Origin: Tetramitus jugosus | Taxonomy: Eukaryota > Protista > Heterolobosea | DNA: 64,000 nt | Direction of reading: 5' to 3' | Assembly: GCA_937625935.1 (NCBI GenBank) | Contig: OW569392.1 | Span: 248,001-312,000 of the forward strand | Shown: in pieces, positions 53,833 to 64,000 of the stretch | How positions within the stretch are numbered: the stretch's first letter is position 1 | How the letters are laid out: every line of letters begins with the position of its first letter | Notes under the pieces: generated by a model | Databases searched by the model: none | What the model was told of the DNA's origin: nothing | Seen by the model: the letters and a program-made list of their open reading frames with translations, nothing else | Position numbers and translations under genes: made by a program

Positions 53833-54435
53833 GATGATGGTTGTTCAATTGTGCTTTTTTTTTGCTTGTTTGATCTTGAGAATACTCTTGCACAACGTGG
53901 ATCCATGCTGATCACGACGTGACTCTCAATAAAAGTTCTTGGTACTGCTTTTTCTTGGATGTCTCTTGATCTTGGGTATTTATACGAGGTTTTATTCGAT
54001 CAGGTCCTAAAAAGGGATGAAAAACATCCGCTGATCGCGGAAACAGTTTTTTGGTGATTCTTCCAGAATTTGCTGGAAGCGAAACAAAGAAGGAGTAATC
54101 AGATTTTACAATTTTATTGTTTATTGGATGGTTGAGTGTGAATGACATAGGATATGTGCGAGTTGGTTGGAGTTATTTTATGTGTTCAATGTCTTGCTGT
54201 CCAACAGTAAGTTTTACTCAGTTTTCATCCCTCCAAACAACAGACGATCCAGTGTTTGGTCTGTGGTTAGCATCCCATACATGCAATCTTGTTTAGCCTT
54301 CTTTGATTGCTTGTTGGATTGGGTGGCCGCACGCTTCATCTTTTTGGTAGTTTTTGGCACGGATTACCCGTCTTAACGGTGGAACTCATCATTTAGTTCC
54401 ATCCATCCAAGGCCAAGCACAGAAAAAAAGAAAGA

Positions 54436-55930
54436 ATGCTGCGCCAGTCGTTGAGATGCATTTCCAACGCGTTTGGTCATCAGATCCAATGTGTCCAGGG
54501 GATGTTCCATGTTCGCCAATAAAACCCATGTTAAAATGTCCAAACAAGCATTCTTCTGCACTGAAACTGTAAAGAATGCTTCTGATGTTGTCGAGCCTCC
54601 TTTTGTTTCTTCCAATATAGAAGAATCGAAGGAACAACAATATGCATCAAACTCAACAAAGAATAGCCATGTGCCCGAGGCATTCGAGCGCATCAACTTG
54701 TTGTGCGATCAGGATACTTTCACTCCTCAGACACTGCCTAAGTCAGATAATGATGAAGATTTTGTAATTACTGGCCAAACTCTGATTCGTGGTCGAGCTA
54801 TACAGATCGTTTACCTCTCAGTGTCTGGGACCAGAGTATCCAAGGAACATGTTCGGCAACTGAAGGATGCTTTCCAGGATGCAGGAGCCATCAGAACACC
54901 TGTTGTTTGCCTGTATGATTTTCGATGCACAAGTATTCAAGAGGGCAAAAGCTCCTTAAGTGGACTTCCGTTTTTTTTCGGACGAAATATGTCGGTCTCT
55001 GGCGAAGTACCTCTAATTTCTTTGACCTTTGGTCCATCCTTAGGTGCTGTTCGCAGTCTACATCCTTCTTCGTCTTTTATCTTCAGGGTAAAGAATGGCT
55101 ATGATATGGCAGCTAGTTCCAAACCAGAGATGCCATATTTCTCATTCGAACAGGATATTGACGGCCTGAAGAGTGCAAGAGAGTTTATCCACTTTTTAAC
55201 ATCGTTAAGAGAGGAGACTGAAAATTTTGATCCAACAACAAGAAGGGATGACACTCTGAATTCTATAATTTCTCCAGATCCCAATACTACATATAATATG
55301 AAGAATATTATCCGATCGATTGTAGATGATGGAAACTTCTGCGAACTAATGCTAGATCCTGCTAGGAATATCCATACTGGTTTTGCTCAAATGAACGGAC
55401 AGGTGGTAGCAATCGTCGCGAATCAGACTTGTGAGACTGCAGGAGTTTTGAACTACGATTCCAGTGCTATGACTGCCAGATTCGTTAGATTCGCAAACGA
55501 CTACCACGTACCAATATTAACCTTTGTGGACGTACCTGGACTCTTGTATGAGGGAGATGTCCTTCGAAAAGGCAGGGAGCTCTTATTAGTGTATAAGGAT
55601 GCTACTGTTCCAAGGATTACTATTGTTACCAGGAAGGCGCATAATGACGCTTATGATGTCATTTCTTCGGAATATTTGAGAGGTAAATTCAATTACTCAT
55701 GGGCGACGACTCCTCAGATCTCGAGCAAGAACATGGCTGCAAAAAAGTCTCTGTATCACAGCATCGAACCTTCGACAACCAGACAACGTATATGCAAAGA
55801 TTTGGAATCGTTAAAGAGTAGAAAATCTGATCAACCCGAACACTTATCCTGGAAAGAGGTGACATGGGTTGTGAGAAATTGGTTATTGATACTCTTCTCT
55901 TTGTTCGTACTTATTCGTTATGTTTGTTAA
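54436..55930 (+). pseudogene. Divergent acyl-CoA carboxylase carboxyltransferase (PCCB-like) paralogue; apparent 5' frameshift, or CDS from ATG 54509
   Basis: Retains ERINLLCD, YNMKNII..IVDDGNF, ARFVRFA, PILTFVDVPG, ATVPRITIVTRKA, IEPSTTR. Gly-Gly motifs are lost and a hydrophobic C-tail is present. Confidence 0.65.
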
Positions 55931-56692
55931 TAAAACCACTTTGAGTGGAATGAAATCTACTTGTTCAATACAATTTTTCCAGCAATGAGTGTGCACCAAG
56001 TGCTTCATCTTCAATGAATAAATGCACCAAAGAACAGGCACACTGATGACCGACAGGCAATAAGTAGCATATGAAGGCAATGTATACTCATAATTAGATT
56101 TCCACAAATACAAAATCGATATCAGTCATCGCTTCAATTGTCTTGCCTTTGTTAGTTTTTTCAAAAGGATACTATCTGCTGAAGTATCATTCAAGCCTTC
56201 AGCCTTGAAGACAATCGTCTGGTGCTCACCACAAGCAACTGCTAAGCGTTGAGATGAGTTTGGAGTTTCGAGCTACATCCGTCTATCAGATCATCTTCAT
56301 TCAACAGATGGCCATTGATGACAAACAAGCATCCAACAAAAATAGCGACTGTCAACAAGGAAGAATCACAAATTTTAGCGTCAGAAACAAGAAGATCGAA
56401 TGGATCTCATGTGGCGCCTCAGATCCTTGTTTGTTGCAGATCAGGGTACACAGTCAATTTGACTGATGGAAAAAGGGAAAGGTAATCATTTGTTCAATGC
56501 TGTGCGCGCCATTCTCGTCCAACAACTCGGACAGATCATTTTTTTCATTTCGGAATAAATCACTGATTCAGTGCGGCCTAAAATACAACACGACTCCATC
56601 TCTTTTTCAACTTATTTTACTTTTCATAACTGTTCAGTTGAGATCACGCTGTGATGGGATGAGATAATGGTCTATTCCACACACGACGAAAA

Positions 56693-59245
56693 ATGAAAGC
56701 ACTCCTTATTTTTTTACTCATTACTCTGGCTCTATTGATCGTTCATGTGAGATCAGATGTTTCAGTGAACGTTGATGCGACGAACAAGATGAATATTGCA
56801 GCCAATATTGGTGCTGCAGGTTCCACAAGGGCTTATTCCATTGGACCTGGCTTCTTAGGTTTCTCTATTGAGATTAGTAGTATCCTCTACTATTTTGATC
56901 CAGTTACATTTCAACCTAGACCATGGTTCGTTCAACTTCTCAACAATTTGAAGAATCTAACCGGTAAAGCCCCTAGAATCAGACTTGGAGGTAATAGTAG
57001 TGATAGATCTTGGTATGATCCTAATGGTGTTCCAAATCCCCCTAGAATAACTTATGACATAACCCCCCAGCTTTTCCAAGCACTCAATAGACTGTCTGAT
57101 AGTACTGGAGTGCAGTTCGTGTTTGGGTTAAATTTCGCGAGGGGAGACAGTGCTGTTTATGCAATTGATGAAGTTCGAGCGATCAAATCACTTCTAGGTT
57201 ATGGAAAAATCCTCGCCTTCCAGATTGGGAATGAACCAGATCTCTATACTACATGTTCTTATCGACCATGTGGATATACGTATACACAATTCAAGAGTGA
57301 GACGAACATGTACATTGATTCTATTAGAAGCACTGAACCCACTGTACCTGGGTTTGAAGGAGGTAGTTTTTGCTGCCCTTGGCTTCCTTCCAATTCAATT
57401 GATTTGATAAGCACTCAAGCCTCCAGATACAAATCATTCTCATTCCACCTATATCCATTATCAGCGTGCGGACCACGTCCAACAATCAGTGAACTTCTCT
57501 CCGATTCCTCTGTTTCAATTCTTCGAAACTCTGCAATCTTTCAATCGATTGCACGCGAAGCTGATCGTGCAAATACTAATTGGTTCTTGGGAGAAACGAA
57601 CAACATAGTATGCGAAGGATTTCCTGGCACAAGCGATTCGTTTGCTGGTGCCCTATGGTCTCTAGATTGGATGTTCTCTGCCGCTTCTCTGGGTGCTTCA
57701 GGTCTTAACTTTCATGGCTCAGGATTTTCATCCTACAGCCCCATCATAATCGATCCAACAGGGGTCAATCCAAATCCACGGGTCATGCCACAGTATTATG
57801 CCATGATGATGTTTAGTTATGCTACTAGATCTGGTGCTTCTCTCTTGAATCCTGTTTTGATTTCAACCAATTCCTTGATTAAGATATGGGGAGTGGAAAG
57901 GACAGATGGAACTCTGGTGATTATGGTGAATCATAAGGATATCTCTGCTTCGGCAGGTACTCCAGTTCATATCACTCTATCACAACCAACGTTGTACAGT
58001 ACAGTTGGACAATTAGTAGTACTTACAGCTCCTTCGATGGCTGAAACCACTGCAGTGACTTTTGGAGGACAAACTTTCGCAGGAACAACTACAGGTACAC
58101 CATCAGGATCTTTTACTAGTACAAGCATACAATCCAGTGCAGGATCATTTCATTTTGATATACAACCTCACTCAGCTGCTCTATTGACTATTAGTAGATC
58201 AGGAACACCATCTCCACCTTCAATGCCACCTCCACCCCCTCCACCACCTGTTACAGGTTCAAGTATTCGATTGAATTGTGGTGGTCCTTTGTTTACTGAT
58301 CCAAGAGGGAATGTGTGGCAGGCAGATGATAGCCCTAGTTCCGATCCCAACAAGGGAGTTGTAGCTACATCAAGTGCACCAATGTCGAATACAGATATGA
58401 TCCCATTGTATCAATCAGAACGATGGAAACCATTGCCGGGAGACCAAATATTTTCATTCGTCGTTGCTAATGGTATCTACCAAGTTACTATTCATCTGGC
58501 AGAGTTTTATTCTGGTGCTATGACCATTGGTGGGAGAGTATTCAATGTTGCTATTAATGGGGTAACTGCATTTGCAAATGTGGATATCTTTAAAGATGCT
58601 GGTGGAGGGAACAGAGCCTTAGTAAAAAGTATCCAAGTCTCTGTAGTAACTGGAGCCATTGAAATCAGATGCAGTCATATCATCGAAAATCCTAAAATAT
58701 CAGCAATTGAGATTATCGTTGCAGGATCCGTACCACCATCTCCTCCACCTTCAACTCCGCCACCACCGCCTGTAGCCGGATCCGTAGTCAGAATTAATGT
58801 TGGAGGTCCAAGCTATATAGACTCAGAGGGAAATCCATGGGCATCAGATCAAGCCCTTGATACTGCAAAAGGATCAGTACGATCAATTGTAGATTCAGTT
58901 GTTATTACTGGAACACCGGATCCGACTATATATCGTACTTATCGCTTCAATATTGGATCGATCATGTACTCCATACCCTTAATCAATGGATTCTACAGTG
59001 TCAGGCTACATTTTTCAGAAACTTTCACAGGTACAATGTCGGTTGGGGCTAGAGTGTTTGATATCTCTTTGAATGGGAATGTTTCATTTGTGGACACCGA
59101 TATTTTCAAAGAAGCTCCTGGTGGTAATCGAGCTCTGATAAAGGCTAGCCAAATTCAGATTTCAACCGGTCTGATTAGTATTGTAGTATCAGCAAAGATT
59201 GAAAATCCAAGGCTATCCGGAATCGAAGTATTAAGGACCAATTAA
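56693..59245 (+). CDS. Secreted GH79 (beta-glucuronidase/heparanase family) glycoside hydrolase with two malectin domains
   Basis: Signal peptide; FLGFSIE, IRLGGNS, IGNEPDLY (acid/base), LGETNN (nucleophile), SFAGALW. Poly-Pro linkers and two malectin units (RLNCGG...LYQSER...HLAE...RVFNV; RINVGG...HFSE...RVFDI). Confidence 0.88.
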   Translation: MKALLIFLLITLALLIVHVRSDVSVNVDATNKMNIAANIGAAGSTRAYSIGPGFLGFSIEISSILYYFDPVTFQPRPWFVQLLNNLKNLTGKAPRIRLGGNSSDRSWYDPNGVPNPPRITYDITPQLFQALNRLSDSTGVQFVFGLNFARGDSAVYAIDEVRAIKSLLGYGKILAFQIGNEPDLYTTCSYRPCGYTYTQFKSETNMYIDSIRSTEPTVPGFEGGSFCCPWLPSNSIDLISTQASRYKSFSFHLYPLSACGPRPTISELLSDSSVSILRNSAIFQSIAREADRANTNWFLGETNNIVCEGFPGTSDSFAGALWSLDWMFSAASLGASGLNFHGSGFSSYSPIIIDPTGVNPNPRVMPQYYAMMMFSYATRSGASLLNPVLISTNSLIKIWGVERTDGTLVIMVNHKDISASAGTPVHITLSQPTLYSTVGQLVVLTAPSMAETTAVTFGGQTFAGTTTGTPSGSFTSTSIQSSAGSFHFDIQPHSAALLTISRSGTPSPPSMPPPPPPPPVTGSSIRLNCGGPLFTDPRGNVWQADDSPSSDPNKGVVATSSAPMSNTDMIPLYQSERWKPLPGDQIFSFVVANGIYQVTIHLAEFYSGAMTIGGRVFNVAINGVTAFANVDIFKDAGGGNRALVKSIQVSVVTGAIEIRCSHIIENPKISAIEIIVAGSVPPSPPPSTPPPPPVAGSVVRINVGGPSYIDSEGNPWASDQALDTAKGSVRSIVDSVVITGTPDPTIYRTYRFNIGSIMYSIPLINGFYSVRLHFSETFTGTMSVGARVFDISLNGNVSFVDTDIFKEAPGGNRALIKASQIQISTGLISIVVSAKIENPRLSGIEVLRTN

Positions 59246-59477
59246 TTAAATGTAGTCATACGTGCAATCTCAACTTCATTTCAGCAATCGGTTTACGGTG
59301 CTAGGCACCTGAAGTTGAAAAACACAATGTGGCTCCCTGGGTTTTGTGGTCCAACCTTTCCGAAAAATGTGGATGAATCTAAATATCATTGTTCTTTGTA
59401 CCTTTCGCACAAAAAAGGAAACAAGAGTCTGTGGTTCAATTCAGAAAAAATCTAAAACAAGAATTAAAAGGCTAAGG

Positions 59478-60060
59478 TTATTTACAAACATTTGGGCGGT
59501 AAATACAATGACGATACATTTTCAACAATCTCTTGTGTGTCAGTTTGGTGAGGATACCTATGATATCCTCCACCAATGTTATAGAGCCATCCTGATTGCG
59601 TCTCAGAGTGTTCTTGATGAACGCAAACACCAGTTCCGCAGGATTCAACTCGGGACTGTACATTGGTAGCAGGAGTTGTTGACTCCTACCTGCTCAATTG
59701 TTTGGCAAATTCAAACGTATCCCTTCACACATGAACCGAGACATTATCCATGATAAGCACATCTCCTCTCGTCAATGTCTTGGATGCAATACAGTCAGCA
59801 ATGAATAATCATACTGTGTGTTCGAGTCTGGTCGAATATATGCAGCGAATGGTACCTTACTGTTCGACGTGGTCATCAACAAATTTGTGAACGTTTCTTT
59901 CAAATTCCATCTCCTGACAGAGACTCTTTCCCTCTTGGCCACACACAATGTTTTTTTCCACTTGCTTTGACACAAAGTGCACATCATCGAGGAATTTGAC
60001 GTTCTTGAGGCCAAAACGATTCACAATCGATGGCATTGCTACTACATGATCGACAAATCG
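59478..60060 (-). mobile_element. Frameshifted IS630/Tc1-mariner DDE transposase remnant
   Basis: Minus-strand fragments in different frames: VKFLDDVHF, GDVLIMDNVSVH, LLLPMYSPELNPAELVFAFIK. Confidence 0.82.
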
Positions 60061-61546
60061 CTTTTCATTGGCGGATATGACAGGTACCGGTATTTAGTTT
60101 CAACCGAGGCGAATTCTCCGATTAAAGTTTTGTTTGAGGAAATACTTGTGTAAGATAATATCATTTCCTACAATTTCTCTCAATTCCCATCACAAGCAAA
60201 ATGAAAACCAATCAATTTCCTGGATATTTCAGATGAAATTTTGACATATCCCTTACGTTTTTTGAGTGAACCAACACTCGCGTTGGCTCTGACAGATTTG
60301 GAGGACTTGCTTTCAGAAACATCTGAAGGCTGTTGTGAAGGTGATTATGATGAAGAGGGTCGTAGTTTGAGAGGGTGGTTATGGGATAGATGACACTGGT
60401 GTGTGATTGGATTGAGTTAGAATTGCTATTACATCAACGCTGCTCATTTTTTTTGTTTTTTGTCGAAAAAAAAAATCGAACATGATGTTCTTGCTGATTG
60501 GGGATGATGATGGGATTGACTTCGATCCTGTGACCACACAGATGGCTGAGACCAACTTCGGGCTAGGAAGGGGAGTGGTCAAGGTGAACAACACACAACT
60601 TCAAAGTAAGTTGAAGGAAGCCAAAGACATACTCCGAAAGAAAAACCAAGAAATATAGAACTATCCACACTTCAAGAACAATGCGAAAGATTAAGTGCTC
60701 AAGTGAGTCCTGATAATTCCACTAAAAAACCCTAGCATGGTTACAAACAGTCCTCTACAAACTCGACACCAATGAAATTGTGACTGAAATCAGCACTCAA
60801 AAATTTGGCTTCACTACCGGACGAAGAGTTTGACCAAAACCGTTGGACCATATTGCATGCCAAAGTAAGACAGACACACTTGCATTCATGTTTGGATCTG
60901 TTAAAAATCTTTTATATAGTCCCAATTTCATTAAAGATGAGTCCCCAGAAACGAAGATTGAATTGAGAAAAAAATTGAAAAAATTGTGAGAAGTGTCAAA
61001 AGATCACTTGGAGGAAGGATTGAAATTGCTTTCAAATCATATAGCAGGAGCGACAAATCTTTTGCTTCTCAGATCAGGATGTTTGGGGACTGTGGGATTG
61101 AATCGTCAGTGTGATCTGTCACACTTCGCTTGAACTACATTCTTCGACAGAAGATAATAGAAGAGAGTTAATCCATGTAAGAACGATACATATGTAAATG
61201 GTATCTACCACACTATTTACCAAAATAGCTAAACTTATCTTATATGGTAGATGGTGTCTTGATCAAGAAAGAAGTTGCTTCTTCTTTGTTTACCTCAAGA
61301 CACAAAATTCATTGTAAAATCGGAGGATTCCAAAATGCCTTTACAATTGTAAATTTGTGAACCTTTAAAAAATGCATGTTGCAATCAGCGAATTGCGGTC
61401 AACTCGATACAACACCTCATAAACGCAAAAAAAATAATAGCAGATATTATTGATGGTGCTTATTGTACTTATCGTCCTTTAAAATGCTCAAATTAAGATT
61501 ATGAAGAAAAAAAACAATGTTATCTTCGAACTATCCTGCCAACTGC

Positions 61547-61612
61547 CTATGCTTCATTCCAAGCTACAAATCCAGTTGCTCCAGTTACACATACAGTTTG
61601 GTTGATTGACAT
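61547..61612 (-). pseudogene. 5' fragment of an NAD-dependent epimerase/reductase (extended SDR) gene
   Basis: MSINQTVCVTGATGFVAW then stop; Rossmann motif preceded by an A-rich leader; no continuation found. Confidence 0.6.
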
Positions 61613-62349
61613 GTTCTTGTTTCTTTTGTTGTGAAAGAAGAACAACCAACTTTACTTTCAATTCCTATGATTTTAAGAGTGGGACGCTACTGCAGGAAAT
61701 ACAGGAGCTGTTCTGCTCGTCTTGGACATCTATTCCTCTCTATTCTCGAAAGTAATGGAGCTGGAATGACTAAACTTCAGTATCTGGAGAGTGTCACAAT
61801 TTTCTCATCACCTTTTTAACAAATTCCGGATGAATCGGGAGATAACGATGCAATTAAAATTTACAACTCATTCAGGTTGTCTTTACCGAGAATTGCTCCA
61901 CATGATATAGTGACCGCAGCTAGTCCATTATTATTGCTTCTATTGATCCTTCTTTCGACTCACTTATGCATTCTTCTAAACAATTGCCAACAATTCGACT
62001 AAGAATTCTAGTCCAAATCAAAAACTGTGACACTATTGACCATAATTTTCTTGTATGCATTATATTGTACAATGATTCCTCCAATTCTCAACTAAACCAT
62101 GCATGAGTGAACAGTCGATTTCTAAAAATCTGGAGATTTAAATAGTTACATAATGATTAAATGATACTACTTAACATCAACAGCAGAATACCCAACCAAC
62201 AATACAAAAATAATGAAACAAAAATTCCCGTGGTGTGGATAATACGATGGATGCATTTTGACATTCAATATCAATTAGAATATCAGAGGTGATACAGTTC
62301 CACTGTCGATCAAAGTTCTAACGATTCTAAACGAGATGACAGGTTTTGT

Positions 62350-62532
62350 ATGACAGCGGAACCAAAAAAAATAAGCCAAAGAGGTGATAAAACTAATGTC
62401 AAGAAGGCGTCAAAAAAAACTAAAATTGATGGAGTGGTTGAGAATCCAGTCTTAAAATCCTGTTCATCCCTCTGCCTTGATGAGTGGTCCGTGGTGATTG
62501 AGTTCTGTGATACCAAAGAATTACTTCTGTGA
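62350..62532 (+). pseudogene. Truncated F-box-like gene fragment
   Basis: Basic leader, then SLCLDEWSVVIEFCDTKELLL* resembling the first half of an F-box. Confidence 0.4.
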
Positions 62533-63038
62533 AAAAGAAACAGGTGTTAAATTGATGATTTCAAACAGTAATTAATGCAGCAACGTGGTGACAGGAAGAT
62601 GAGGTTCTGTTTTGAGGGGTCTGTCAGGTAGGTATGGCTTGTACTCTGAACTTCTTGCTCTTTTGCTTCTTGGTTGGACTGGAACCAAAAGAACGTCGAT
62701 GAGTGTATTCGTACGTTTTTGTCTTAAAATTTTCAACTTAACATTTCGGTTTGTTTGCATTGTGGTTGTGGAACTACAGACCAAACATGTGATTTCCGTT
62801 GGGTTTCATATGTGGTGGCCCGTAAGAAAAGTCATGACTACGGGGGCCTAAGAGTTGATTTTTGTATAATTGTTTCCTATATTTTATGCTAGACGGCGAC
62901 GAGTCCAGAGGTTTCCCGACGTGAGTCCCGGACTCCAGAGAAGTGGCAACCAATGCATATGCTCAAATCGTGACATTGAATCATGATATGATAGTGGCCT
63001 CTGAGTCAATATTTTAGTGACCAATGTGGGGCTTGTAA

Positions 63039-63105
63039 CATCTACATAATGTAGATTCTCCGCCATCTACATAATTTTGTAAACAAGTTCCACCATCTAC
63101 ATAAT
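63039..63105 (+). repeat. Three direct copies of CATCTACATAAT plus an inverted ATGTAGAT
   Basis: Copies at 63039-63050, 63064-63075 and 63094-63105; palindrome ATCTACAT-A-ATGTAGAT at 63040-63056. Confidence 0.9.
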
Positions 63106-63215
63106 CAAGTTCGAAGTTGGAACTCCGCACCGAATAGAAAAAACACAACCAACGAAAGTACAACACCAATGGCAATCAACATTATTTTTTACACTAGCAC
63201 GCAATAATCACTAGA

Positions 63216-64000
63216 CTAAGCATGTTTAGCAGCTTTGTGAACTCTCTCCTCTTCACTGTCAGGCTTCCTTCTCCTTTTCTTGTTCTTGTTCTTTCTACTA
63301 ATTACTAGTGTACCATCATTAATCACTTGTGGTGACACTGGTGGAGCATCTACTGGTGGAGGTGACACAGGAGGTAACACTGGTGGTAACATTGGTGGAT
63401 GTGACACTGGAGGTGGCACTGGATGTTCATCATCTTCATCATAATCACCTTCATCGTAAATGACCTCACCATCATCATCTACATCCATTGTTGCTGGTTC
63501 AACAAACACATTATTTCCCAGATAGAAGGTCTTTAGATCTCTGGCCTCAATATATGGTGAAATATCTCCAGGTTTCTGTGATGGTTTAATACCTCCAGAT
63601 TCCAACCACTTCACCTTGTAACGGTACAAGCTCAGTCCATCATCACCTAATTGCTCATCAACAATTACACCCTTACGGCCAAACAAGTAACATCTGGATG
63701 ATCGGTACTTTTGAGGTACTCTGACCCGAACTATATCACCAACTTTGAATCTGGGAATGTTTGGATTCTTTCTGAGGTAATGTTCTCTAGCTGCTTCCCC
63801 TCTTGCTCTAATACATTTTCTAATTATATCAATGTGTCCCAACCTCTGCATCTTGTTCGCCAATGGCTCAGAAGATGGATCAGAACACCAGCAAATTCTC
63901 CAGGCAACAATTGGTTTCATCTTAATAGTAGAATGGAAAGCATTATTATATTCACTGACTACTTGAGGAACAAACTGTGACCACCTTTGAGTGTTGTTTG
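63216..64000 (-). CDS. Integrase/transposase C-terminal part (rve core end, SH3-like domain, acidic/Pro-rich/basic tail); 5' end outside the window
   Basis: Frame is open to the window edge: RWSQFVPQVVSEYNNAFHSTIKMKP...RFKVGDIVRVRVP. Confidence 0.8.
   Translation of the reverse strand, partial: NNTQRWSQFVPQVVSEYNNAFHSTIKMKPIVAWRICWCSDPSSEPLANKMQRLGHIDIIRKCIRARGEAAREHYLRKNPNIPRFKVGDIVRVRVPQKYRSSRCYLFGRKGVIVDEQLGDDGLSLYRYKVKWLESGGIKPSQKPGDISPYIEARDLKTFYLGNNVFVEPATMDVDDDGEVIYDEGDYDEDDEHPVPPPVSHPPMLPPVLPPVSPPPVDAPPVSPQVINDGTLVISRKNKNKKRRRKPDSEEERVHKAAKHA

Larger units (their letters stand above)
63034..64000 (-). mobile_element. 3' end of an element encoding a retroviral-type integrase (Ginger/TDD-like DNA transposon, or Polinton-like)
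   Basis: Integrase ORF, subterminal CATCTACATAAT repeats, and a candidate TGT terminus at 63034. Confidence 0.65.

Noticed and set aside
55935-56500. Possible spliced secreted-protein remnant on the minus strand
   Set aside because: Short, stop-interrupted and without a recognisable family.

Overview
This is a gene-dense eukaryotic (protist) chromosome segment using the standard genetic code, with few, mostly short GT-AG introns (63-82 nt, one of 184 nt) and CAA/AAT low-complexity tracts in genes at the left end. The gene content (stand-alone Zn2Cys6 factor, RGS-START protein, solute-binding-domain receptor adenylate cyclase, EGF-TKL receptor kinase, ciliary TMEM218) suggests a heterolobosean, Naegleria-like amoeboflagellate; this is inference. 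About 28 protein genes and one tRNA-Met(CAT) occupy 1-59.2 kb. They are followed by a tract of decayed genes and transposons, including a Tc1/IS630 remnant and a Ginger/Polinton-type integrase element. The most notable finding is a ~1.3-kb, GC-shifted, poly(A)-tailed insertion (31084-32396) with a perfect 15-16 bp target-site duplication. It sits 46 bp upstream of the tRNA-Met gene, head-to-head with it, and encodes only an intact RRM-RRM-coiled-coil ORF1-like protein. It is a candidate non-autonomous, tRNA-gene-targeting non-LTR retrotransposon with the geometry of Dictyostelium TRE5, in what appears to be an unrelated lineage.
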